Made by a program: the position numbers and the translations under genes | Notes under the pieces: generated by a model | What the model saw: the letters and a program-made list of their open reading frames with translations, nothing else | Databases searched by the model: none | Told to the model about the DNA's origin: nothing | Source: a phage | Sequence record: PX092659.1 | Strand: one strand, 5' to 3' | Length of the DNA: 64,000 nucleotides | Shown here: one piece after another, positions 1 to 8,042 of the stretch | How the letters are laid out: every line of letters begins with the position of its first letter | Position numbering within the stretch: the first letter of the stretch is position 1

Positions 1-628
1 TTTAGGACTATTCAGAAAGAATAGAACAACTGTTACTGTCAATTTCTCAACAAATTAATTGCAAATACTGAAGTGGGGTGGCAACTTCCACTTTCACGCT
101 GCGCTGCTGCCTCATTATACCGCACAAATCCTTGAGGATGGCCGCTAAGCCAGATTTGCTCACCTAATGCTTCATATACTAGCTCATACTAGATGCAATA
201 TAACTTACAGAATCACGTCTCGGTAGTTTTTCACTCCTCCCATCTCACTTCACAACCACCTCATACTAGGTTGCTTCGAGGCCTTACCAGGGTTCCTATG
301 GGACGCAGATCGCTAAGTATTCTATTAACTATTTGCTTAAAAACTAACACGTAACAGTTAAAACAACCCTTAATGGGGCAGCCTAACTGTTCCGTATCGC
401 GGATTGTAAACAAGAAAAAACTTTTTCGTAAAGCTCTAGCAACGTACCTTATGCAGCTATTTACGGGTCATCGATTCCTCTCGCCGTAAATCTCTTGTCA
501 GCTTCACTAAGAAAAATTAGTAAAAGATCAATTTTTACTAATGTCTCTCAATTCAATATAAATATTATAGCAAGATTTTGAGCATCATGCAAGTAGATTT
601 TTAAAGAGAATGCTATCAGTGTCTTTGA

Positions 629-661
629 GCACAGAGAAAACCGAGCCAAAATGACTCGGTT
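629..661 (-). terminator. intrinsic terminator closing minus-strand operon
   Basis: On minus strand: hairpin aaccgag/ctcggtt (9-nt loop) followed by TTTTCTCTG, just downstream of the stop of ORF 669..863. Confidence 0.5.
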
Positions 662-668
662 ATACGGA

Positions 669-863
669 TTAATCATAAAAAAGACCACGAATAGTATTAG
701 CAAATTTAAGTATAATAGCGCGGTTTGAGCTACTTAACTTTTTAATATCGAAAGTGGGATCAGTCAAATATCTCGCCATAAATTTTACTTGTTTAGCTGA
801 AAGTTGACCCTTATTCCACTTTTTAATTTTACCATAACATACCCAATATTCTTTATTCATCAT
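669..863 (-). CDS. hypothetical protein (64 aa)
   Basis: ORF in co-directional minus-strand array, start overlaps upstream gene stop. Confidence 0.4.
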   Translation of the reverse strand: MMNKEYWVCYGKIKKWNKGQLSAKQVKFMARYLTDPTFDIKKLSSSNRAIILKFANTIRGLFYD

Positions 864-1245
864 TTAGTCCCGGAACATAGATCCCAACACGATTTAATTG
901 TTCTTTAGCTTCTTTGAGAATATCTGGAGTGTACTCCCAAATATCATCTTCCACCTGTAAAAGATGTGGCGAACAACCGTCATCAGGCACACGACATATG
1001 GCCAAACCACGTGGATGGAACAAAGAGAAATTTAGGGCAACAATCAAGCCCATAGCAGACAATTCATTCCAATCCAATTCCCATTCCCTGGCATATCCAG
1101 ACAGGAAAATGCCAATGCATGGATCATCTATTTGCTGCTCCGGAAAAGTGAAGGAGGCTTGTCTTACCCCCAACCAACGTTGTAGCAGCTTCTCCGCACG
1201 CTTCACCAAACTAGGATCAATCTGACGCCAGTATACTTGTTCCAT
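853..1245 (-). CDS. hypothetical protein, paralog of 1255..1683
   Basis: 130 aa; shares motifs D(D/E)xPCIG, ELxxMGLxxALN, GWxYxP, PGL with adjacent ORF (tandem paralogs). Confidence 0.5.
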   Translation of the reverse strand: MEQVYWRQIDPSLVKRAEKLLQRWLGVRQASFTFPEQQIDDPCIGIFLSGYAREWELDWNELSAMGLIVALNFSLFHPRGLAICRVPDDGCSPHLLQVEDDIWEYTPDILKEAKEQLNRVGIYVPGLNDE

Positions 1246-1254
1246 TATGCCTCC

Positions 1255-1683
1255 TTAGGCAGTTAAACCCGGAATTTGATAACCAAAACGGCGAAGTTTT
1301 TGGATACCATCATTTACTTCTTCCGGTGAGTAAGACCAACCATAACGTTCATTAACCTGAAAACCAGGAGATTCACTAGTTTTATAGTTAACAACGAGGC
1401 GATGCTTAGCAGGCATAAACAGCTTATAGTTTAACGCAAAAACTAAGCCCATTTCATCTAACTCTTTCCAGCCGACAATTTCTTCAAGACCATCCTCTAC
1501 CTGCACAATTAAACCAATACAGGGAGCCTCATCAATATCATCTTTAAAAGCAAAGGAGATTTCGTTATTCTCACACCATATTTTCAAAGAGTTAATAGCC
1601 TCATTATACAGGCTAGCTGGGAGAGTACGCCAAAAGTTAACCAAAATTGGGTTAGCTTCTTTAGAGAGTACATTATTGAACAT
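1255..1683 (-). CDS. hypothetical protein, paralog of 853..1245
   Basis: 142 aa; same conserved motifs as downstream paralog. Confidence 0.5.
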   Translation of the reverse strand: MFNNVLSKEANPILVNFWRTLPASLYNEAINSLKIWCENNEISFAFKDDIDEAPCIGLIVQVEDGLEEIVGWKELDEMGLVFALNYKLFMPAKHRLVVNYKTSESPGFQVNERYGWSYSPEEVNDGIQKLRRFGYQIPGLTA

Positions 1684-1685
1684 AT

Positions 1686-2192
1686 TTACACCTTAAATTG
1701 TTGTAAGGATTTACACATTTCAAGATCTGGGCTAAATTCTAGCATATAGCTAACAGCTTTTAAATCTTGAAGATTTATCCCAGTCCTACCGTTGACTATA
1801 ACTGTTGGATACTGATACATCATAGCACCCGCATCATCAAGTACACACCAATGTTTGAGCTTATACTTTTCAACGAAACGAAGAACAGAATTACCCCTAG
1901 ATAATCCACCTCCAGTAAAATCCGTTGTACCAAGAAAACGATCGATAAGACCTAATCTGGTCATAATCTGAACGTTCTCCATCTCATTTCTAACAGAGAA
2001 CCAAGATGATACTCCAACAATCATTATCGGAGAAGGACGAATAAAGTCCTGAAAAGCCTTGAGAAGCGGTTTGAAAACCCAGTCACTTCCAAAGAAAATC
2101 TTTTCATCATCAGGTGCATGATGGTGGGAGATGCTCGAATTGAGCACCCCATCAATGTCTAGAAAAATAATCGGAGTATTACTTATTTCCAC
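1686..2192 (-). CDS. HAD-superfamily hydrolase-like protein
   Basis: N-terminal HAD motif I FLDIDGVLN; 168 aa. Confidence 0.55.
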   Translation of the reverse strand: MEISNTPIIFLDIDGVLNSSISHHHAPDDEKIFFGSDWVFKPLLKAFQDFIRPSPIMIVGVSSWFSVRNEMENVQIMTRLGLIDRFLGTTDFTGGGLSRGNSVLRFVEKYKLKHWCVLDDAGAMMYQYPTVIVNGRTGINLQDLKAVSYMLEFSPDLEMCKSLQQFKV

Positions 2193-2361
2193 TTTTGTCC
2201 CTTTCTAAGAACGTATCATACTCAACCGTATCAACATATATGACACCATAGTCATCGGATTTATAGTCCATTTCCCACAGCTCACAGCGATAGCACCAAC
2301 TACCGTCCGCCCATACAAATATATCATCAGGGTGTGCATACACAGATTTAATTATGGACAT
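2179..2361 (-). CDS. small hypothetical protein (60 aa)
   Basis: ORF overlapping neighbours by a few codons in operon. Confidence 0.35.
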   Translation of the reverse strand: MSIIKSVYAHPDDIFVWADGSWCYRCELWEMDYKSDDYGVIYVDTVEYDTFLERDKSGNK

Positions 2362-3175
2362 ATTTGTTCCCCGGCATATAAGGCCTACCCTCTAGATGAG
2401 CTTCTACACGAGCAATAAAATCAGGGTCACTGAAGGCATCTACAGCCCCTTTACCCCAGTAAGGGATACCGCGTTCTTCCAACTGGTACATCTCACTACG
2501 AGTCATGCCTTGATAGCCAGGTTCCGCTGCTAGGGCATTATCATAGTAGTTAACAACCATTAGCTTGGCAGCAGTAAGGTTAAGAATAGGAAATAATTCC
2601 CAGTAGAAGTTAATTACTTGGTTAGAGCAACCAACCACAATGATCATATCTTGACTGGTAATACCATCAAAAACATTGTACATTTCTGTATATGCTGGAG
2701 CATGCTCACCAAAGAAGATGACATTAGGTTTAACCCATTTATAGTCATCTGGGTCAATAGAGTTATACCCAACATCAATAATTCGTTTATTACTACTATT
2801 GTAGCTATCAGCTACAACAACCTCCTTTAAGTATCCATGAATGTGGAGAATATCATTATGGGGAACACCAGCACGCTCAATAAGGTCATCAACGTTAGTA
2901 GTCAAATTTACTACTTGACCTGGGTATTGTTTATACCACTCACCAATACGAAGATGCGCAAGGTTAGGTTCAACAGTTTTTAGCTCTTCACGACGCTTGT
3001 TGTAAAACATATGGGTTTTATGATAAAAATTACCACGAAAGGCATGAATATTACATACTTCTTCTAGATCATAATCATCCCACAATGCTTTACCACTAGC
3101 AGTATCAGTACGAAAGGCTCGTACACCACTTTCAACGCTCAAACCCGCACCGCTAATAATAATTAATCTACGCAT
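2348..3175 (-). CDS. Sir2-like NAD-dependent protein (no zinc-ribbon cysteines)
   Basis: Motifs GAGLSVESGVRAFR, TTNVDDL, HIHG, KPNVIFFGE match the Sir2 catalytic core; no CxxC...CxxC Zn module seen. Confidence 0.7.
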   Translation of the reverse strand: MRRLIIISGAGLSVESGVRAFRTDTASGKALWDDYDLEEVCNIHAFRGNFYHKTHMFYNKRREELKTVEPNLAHLRIGEWYKQYPGQVVNLTTNVDDLIERAGVPHNDILHIHGYLKEVVVADSYNSSNKRIIDVGYNSIDPDDYKWVKPNVIFFGEHAPAYTEMYNVFDGITSQDMIIVVGCSNQVINFYWELFPILNLTAAKLMVVNYYDNALAAEPGYQGMTRSEMYQLEERGIPYWGKGAVDAFSDPDFIARVEAHLEGRPYMPGNKYVHN

Positions 3176-3389
3176 TTTTCACCTGTTCTCTGAAGTTTTG
3201 CCCAATACTGTCTAATAGCTCAGCTAATTCTTTATTGCCTTTCTCCATTAAGGTATTAGCAATAACTTCTAGCATAGTAGCGCAGGATTCAACACCATCC
3301 TTATAGCCAGTTTCCCAGTGCTGCATTAATGCGTTTTCCAAAGCGGCGTTTAAACCCTTATCTGGTAGTATCGGCTTCAAGAATGCCAT
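3168..3389 (-). CDS. hypothetical protein (73 aa)
   Basis: ORF in minus-strand array. Confidence 0.4.
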   Translation of the reverse strand: MAFLKPILPDKGLNAALENALMQHWETGYKDGVESCATMLEVIANTLMEKGNKELAELLDSIGQNFREQVKNA

Positions 3390-3561
3390 AAAGTTTCTCC
3401 TCTAATTCCATAACACGATTTTCATAAGAGGCACGCAACTTTTCAATTGCCAGTGCACGCACCGTAACCTCATTAGAATTAATAGCTAATTGGGCCAGAT
3501 CTTCTGTTTCCATACGTCCGTTGTAAATTAAGCGATATTTAAGATGTTTTACGTTTTTCAT
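3358..3561 (-). CDS. hypothetical protein (67 aa)
   Basis: ORF in minus-strand array. Confidence 0.4.
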   Translation of the reverse strand: MKNVKHLKYRLIYNGRMETEDLAQLAINSNEVTVRALAIEKLRASYENRVMELEEKLYGILEADTTR

Positions 3562-3570
3562 TCTTGTTCC

Positions 3571-3852
3571 TTAGTTCTGTACTGTAAATTCATTCTTATC
3601 ACAGTGAGCATAATAATACCCATACATACGATAAATCTTCACAGCCTTAGTAGACCCCTTCGATTCTTCGTAATCAATCCAGAGCCACTTGTCTTTACCT
3701 ACATAATGTACCCGAAACTTCTTAACTTTCTTATCATTCCATGTTGCAACAACACGACGATAATCAAATCCGCCCAACCAATCCAGAGCTTTACGTTCTT
3801 CACTAGGCTCTCCAAGATGGGAGACATCTACTTTAGGAAGCAACTCGCTCAT
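3571..3852 (-). CDS. hypothetical protein (93 aa)
   Basis: ORF in minus-strand array. Confidence 0.45.
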   Translation of the reverse strand: MSELLPKVDVSHLGEPSEERKALDWLGGFDYRRVVATWNDKKVKKFRVHYVGKDKWLWIDYEESKGSTKAVKIYRMYGYYYAHCDKNEFTVQN

Positions 3853-3951
3853 AACTTTCTCCTCTCAAATTTATAAATCTATTATATATAAATTTTTGGC
3901 TGAAAGCAAATAAAATAAAAGCCAGGTCGACTAGCAACCCGGCTGATTAGC

Positions 3952-5778
3952 TTACTTAAGATTTAAGTGTTTTACTCTACCAAGAACTTCTTTTTGTTTC
4001 CCAGAATTGAAAGGCCTACTGCCAGGAGATCCCAGGTACCCGCAAACCCTACGTGTAACCTCTATTTCTTCAGACCCACAACTCGGACATACAAACCCAC
4101 GTTCAGAGGCAACAGATTCACCCATATACCCACAGTTGAAGCACTCATCAATTGGTATATTAACACCAATATAATGGCTACATTCTAGCCCCTTATCCAC
4201 CACATACTCAAGAGCTTTGTGGAACTTTTTCATTTGAGGTAGTTCCACAAATGATATATTACCACCATTAGCTATTTTGGTAAAATGAGCCTCGTACTCA
4301 AATTTAGTATCTGGAGCTACCTTCTCTCTTACGTCCAAATGGTGACTATTAGTAAGATAGCCTTTGTCTGTTAACCAAGAATACTCTGGGAATCTACGTT
4401 CTAGTAATTTATTAAAACGATTACATAGAGACTCACTAGGAGTAGCATACAAGCTAAACCCAAGATTAGTCTCATTAGCTTTAACTTCGCAACGATTTTT
4501 TAGGTGAGTGAGAACTTCCTCTGTAAATTCAATACAGTCCCTATGGGTCTGTGGTAAACTAAACATTATTTGGCACATCTCATAGACCCCAATATACCCA
4601 AGAGATACAGAGGATCTACCCTCAAAAATAGGCCATACATATTCTTCCCCTTCTAAACGTGCACCAAACCCACCGTGCATATAAAGAATAGGGGCTTGTT
4701 TAGCCTTAACTTTCTTCAGTCTGTTTAAGAAGAAGTCATGCGCTTCAAAAGCCTCATCCACATATTTGTCTAGAATACCCCAGAAATCTTCAAAAACTCC
4801 ATCTGCCTCAGCAGCAACCATAGGTAGATTGATAGACACAACACCTAAATTATTACGTCCTGCAATTTCTCCAGAGGGGATAGCAGATAAAAAACTACGA
4901 CAACCCATAGGGGCTTTAAAATCACCAGTAACAGCTACAACTCTCTCGTAACTTAAATAGTCTGGATACATACGAGTAGCAGAACACTCAAGTGCTAGCT
5001 GTTTTATATCATAGTTAGGATCACCTGGGTTTTTATTTAACCCTTCTTTAACTGAGAATACTAGTTTAGGGAAGATAGGGGTTGACTCAGCAGCACCTAA
5101 ACCTTTAATGCGATTTTGGAGGATGGCTTTCTGAATCATCCTTTCCTCCCACTCCTGCCCTAATCCAAAGCCAAGCGTAACAAAAGGGGTCTGCCCATTA
5201 GAGTTAAATAATGAATTAGTTTCATACTCTAGAGCTTGGAATGCATCATAACACTCTTTTTCAGTAAGCTCAGTAGCATACACAGCAGCTTTTCTTTCAT
5301 CCTTGAGCCAACGTAGCCCACGACCCAGATGTTTATTGTAAGACTTTCTGACATACGGGGCTAGAACCTCGTCGATACGATCAATAGAGGTGCCACCATA
5401 CTGAGCACCAGATACTTGGGCAATAATCTGAGCAGTGATTGCACATGCAGTAGTTATGGATTTAGGAGTTTCAATATTTGCATTACCAATTTTAGTACCA
5501 TTCTTCAGCATGCCACCAAGGTCTACTAAGCAACAGTTAGTGTACCCCTGCGCCCTGTAATCCATATCATGAATGTGTATCTTACCTAGATTATGTGCGT
5601 CTAATAGATGTTTGGGTAATTCCTGCGATACTAAATACTTGTTGATTTCTCCGGCTAATAAGTCTCTTTGAGTATGGAACATCTCACTAGGCTTATTAGC
5701 ATTATTATGTTGTAAGTCCTTGTCAGCAGTTAGAGTGAGCAGGCCTTTGCAATTCTCAATTAATTCATTCTCTGTCAT
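3952..5778 (-). CDS. nrdD: anaerobic ribonucleoside-triphosphate reductase (class III)
   Basis: 608 aa; C-terminal zinc-ribbon cysteines and glycyl-radical motif RRVCGYLG. Confidence 0.85.
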   Translation of the reverse strand: MTENELIENCKGLLTLTADKDLQHNNANKPSEMFHTQRDLLAGEINKYLVSQELPKHLLDAHNLGKIHIHDMDYRAQGYTNCCLVDLGGMLKNGTKIGNANIETPKSITTACAITAQIIAQVSGAQYGGTSIDRIDEVLAPYVRKSYNKHLGRGLRWLKDERKAAVYATELTEKECYDAFQALEYETNSLFNSNGQTPFVTLGFGLGQEWEERMIQKAILQNRIKGLGAAESTPIFPKLVFSVKEGLNKNPGDPNYDIKQLALECSATRMYPDYLSYERVVAVTGDFKAPMGCRSFLSAIPSGEIAGRNNLGVVSINLPMVAAEADGVFEDFWGILDKYVDEAFEAHDFFLNRLKKVKAKQAPILYMHGGFGARLEGEEYVWPIFEGRSSVSLGYIGVYEMCQIMFSLPQTHRDCIEFTEEVLTHLKNRCEVKANETNLGFSLYATPSESLCNRFNKLLERRFPEYSWLTDKGYLTNSHHLDVREKVAPDTKFEYEAHFTKIANGGNISFVELPQMKKFHKALEYVVDKGLECSHYIGVNIPIDECFNCGYMGESVASERGFVCPSCGSEEIEVTRRVCGYLGSPGSRPFNSGKQKEVLGRVKHLNLK

Positions 5779-6628
5779 TGATTATTTCCTCGATAAACTT
5801 TATAGCTACTTTTGGTTCAATATTGAAGAATTCCGTAGCGCCATCAAAATCTTTGTAATGGCAATTCTGTTCTTTAAAGTAGTTATGAGCTAATTTTTCG
5901 ATTCGAACTGCACTACTATATTCGCCAATTTCAAATACTTTAAGTATTTCCAAATCAATAAGGTGGCCACTAGATTTAATATGTAGAAGCCTACGCTCTG
6001 GATTGTTAGACCTACCTATTTTAACTCCATGTGTGGGGCTATGCATAACATATATCTTAGTACTTTCTAAATCTCTATAGCTACAGTAAGGACAACCGTT
6101 CCCTCTTAATACAGATCCTGGAGTAGCTCCCCACCTATGCCCTGCGCCACAGAGAAAGGTAGTCTTAGTATTCGCATTAACATATTCACCTACTATTCTG
6201 ATATTTCTGGCAGTAAGACGATCATTTATAACACTAATACTAAGTTTCTGCTTATTAATAGCACAAGACGGACAGCCACTCCCCCTATTAATTATGCTAT
6301 TAAGCGTAGTAGTCCACTCATGACCACAAATACACCTAAATTTAGTGTTTATATCAACACTATTTTTATATCCCCCCAACAATGTAATACCTCTGTCCTG
6401 TAATACAGAACTAATTTTATCAATATCTAGTTTACGGCTATTAGTAGAGCAAGTAGGACAATTGGTCTTTCCATTCCTAATAGCGTCAAATTTAGCTGTC
6501 CATTGATGGCCATATTCACACTGATACGTATGCCTATACCTAGAATTTTGATACGGCTTATCCACCATAGTAAAACCACGCTCGGCTAGGCATTTATCTA
6601 CTTCTTCTTGGGTTAATTTTTTCGGCAT
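5765..6628 (-). CDS. zinc-finger repeat protein with T5orf172/GIY-YIG-like domain (putative homing endonuclease)
   Basis: Repeated CPxC motifs; C-terminal YVMHSPTHGVKIGRSNNPERR matches the T5orf172 signature; start moved to internal Met MPKK with GGAG-type RBS. Confidence 0.55.
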   Translation of the reverse strand: MPKKLTQEEVDKCLAERGFTMVDKPYQNSRYRHTYQCEYGHQWTAKFDAIRNGKTNCPTCSTNSRKLDIDKISSVLQDRGITLLGGYKNSVDINTKFRCICGHEWTTTLNSIINRGSGCPSCAINKQKLSISVINDRLTARNIRIVGEYVNANTKTTFLCGAGHRWGATPGSVLRGNGCPYCSYRDLESTKIYVMHSPTHGVKIGRSNNPERRLLHIKSSGHLIDLEILKVFEIGEYSSAVRIEKLAHNYFKEQNCHYKDFDGATEFFNIEPKVAIKFIEEIINDRE

Positions 6629-6822
6629 TACTCTTCTCCATAGAATTTTTACATTTATTATACTAAACATTATCCACCATGTCAATTAAAATTTTCTTTC
6701 GCCATCTAATACTGTAATATTTCGCGTATAAATAGTTGAGTATCTAGTATCACACATCCCACGTTAAAAGCAAGCAAATTTTTTATTTAAATGCAATATC
6801 ATAGGCTTATTTAAAATTGTAG

Positions 6823-6851
6823 TTGCTTTTTACTGTATATATTGGTATAAT
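6823..6851 (+). promoter_or_regulatory. T5-type sigma70 promoter
   Basis: TTGCTT-17 nt-TATAAT in divergent intergenic region upstream of phoH. Confidence 0.6.
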
Positions 6852-6924
6852 ATATTTGTAAGTTGATAAACAAGATCTTTTTGTTGATCCTCTGTTAGCG
6901 AAGTACACTATAGGAGTGTTATTT

Positions 6925-7677
6925 ATGGGAAAAGCACGTCAAAAAAGAGAGAACCGCAACGGTTCAAGAAAGCGTGGCAACAAATATGAGAATAACGTAA
7001 TTCAGGCGGATTTTTCTAATGATTACGCTAACCCAGTTGCTAAATCCCTAGTAGGTAAAAACCGCGAGCAAAAATCATATATCAATATGATCAAGAACAA
7101 CACAGTGACTGTGGGTATTGGTGAGCCGGGTACAGGTAAAACCTTTATTCCGTCTGTTCTTGCAGCTCAGGAACTCGTAGACATTCACTCAGATATTGAG
7201 CAAGTGATCCTCGTACGTCCTAATGAACCTCTAGGTAAGTCTCTTGGTATGCTTCCTGGTGATCTAGCGGAAAAGCTAGAGCCTTGGTTGGAGCCAATAG
7301 CTGATGGTATGAAATGGGCCATCGGCGATCATGCGTATAAAGGATATGTCGAACGTCAGAAAATTAAATTTTTGGCTGTCGAACATGCTCGTGGCAGAAC
7401 TTTCAACAACTCCTATGTAATTGTCGATGAAGCTCAGAATATTTCCGTTGAGGCAATGATTTGTCTCCTAACTCGTGTAGGACAAGACTGCCGTTTAATT
7501 ATCTGCGGAGATATAGCTCAGAAAGACATTAAAGGTGACTCAGGTCTAGCACTCCTTATGGAAGTCTATGAGAAATACGAAAATGCCCCATTCTCAATGA
7601 TCGAATTGATTGATAACGTTCGTTCTGTCGAGTCTAAAGCATTCTATGATATTTTTAAAGACATGGGGAAGGTGTAA
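6925..7677 (+). CDS. phoH: PhoH-like ATPase
   Basis: Walker A GEPGTGKT; RBS taggag 6 nt upstream of ATG 6925 (ORF track starts at GTG 6916). Confidence 0.8.
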   Translation: MGKARQKRENRNGSRKRGNKYENNVIQADFSNDYANPVAKSLVGKNREQKSYINMIKNNTVTVGIGEPGTGKTFIPSVLAAQELVDIHSDIEQVILVRPNEPLGKSLGMLPGDLAEKLEPWLEPIADGMKWAIGDHAYKGYVERQKIKFLAVEHARGRTFNNSYVIVDEAQNISVEAMICLLTRVGQDCRLIICGDIAQKDIKGDSGLALLMEVYEKYENAPFSMIELIDNVRSVESKAFYDIFKDMGKV

Positions 7678-7678
7678 T

Positions 7679-7900
7679 ATGGGAAACGTCGTTCATCTGA
7701 GCCGTAAAACTAAAATACATCGTACTTCACTGAGTGCTGCTAATATTATTACACGTAAAGAAGGAGAAGAAAGTCCTAAGACAACCCTAGCGTGGAAAAT
7801 TGTAACCTCAAACCCAAATAAACCCTTCAATTATAACGAGCTGAGCACCTCCATAGATATTCTATTAAAAGAAGTAGCTAGAGCTAAAGTAATTGAATAA
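7679..7900 (+). CDS. hypothetical protein (73 aa)
   Basis: ATG immediately after phoH stop; listed ORF 7610..7900 trimmed to this start. Confidence 0.45.
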   Translation: MGNVVHLSRKTKIHRTSLSAANIITRKEGEESPKTTLAWKIVTSNPNKPFNYNELSTSIDILLKEVARAKVIE

Positions 7901-8042
7901 GCTAAAAAGCTAGACTGGTAATATACAGGGCCTGGGTATGAAAATACTCGGGCCTTTTCTATCAGAAAATTTTATTTGCCTAATGACCAATAATAATGTA
8001 GAATATTCCTTAAATCCTGATAACTATAAAAAGGAAAGCCAA

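Noticed and set aside
3967-4951. Plus-strand ORFs 3967..4188 and 4766..4951 antisense to nrdD
   Set aside because: Lie within the well-supported nrdD coding region on the opposite strand
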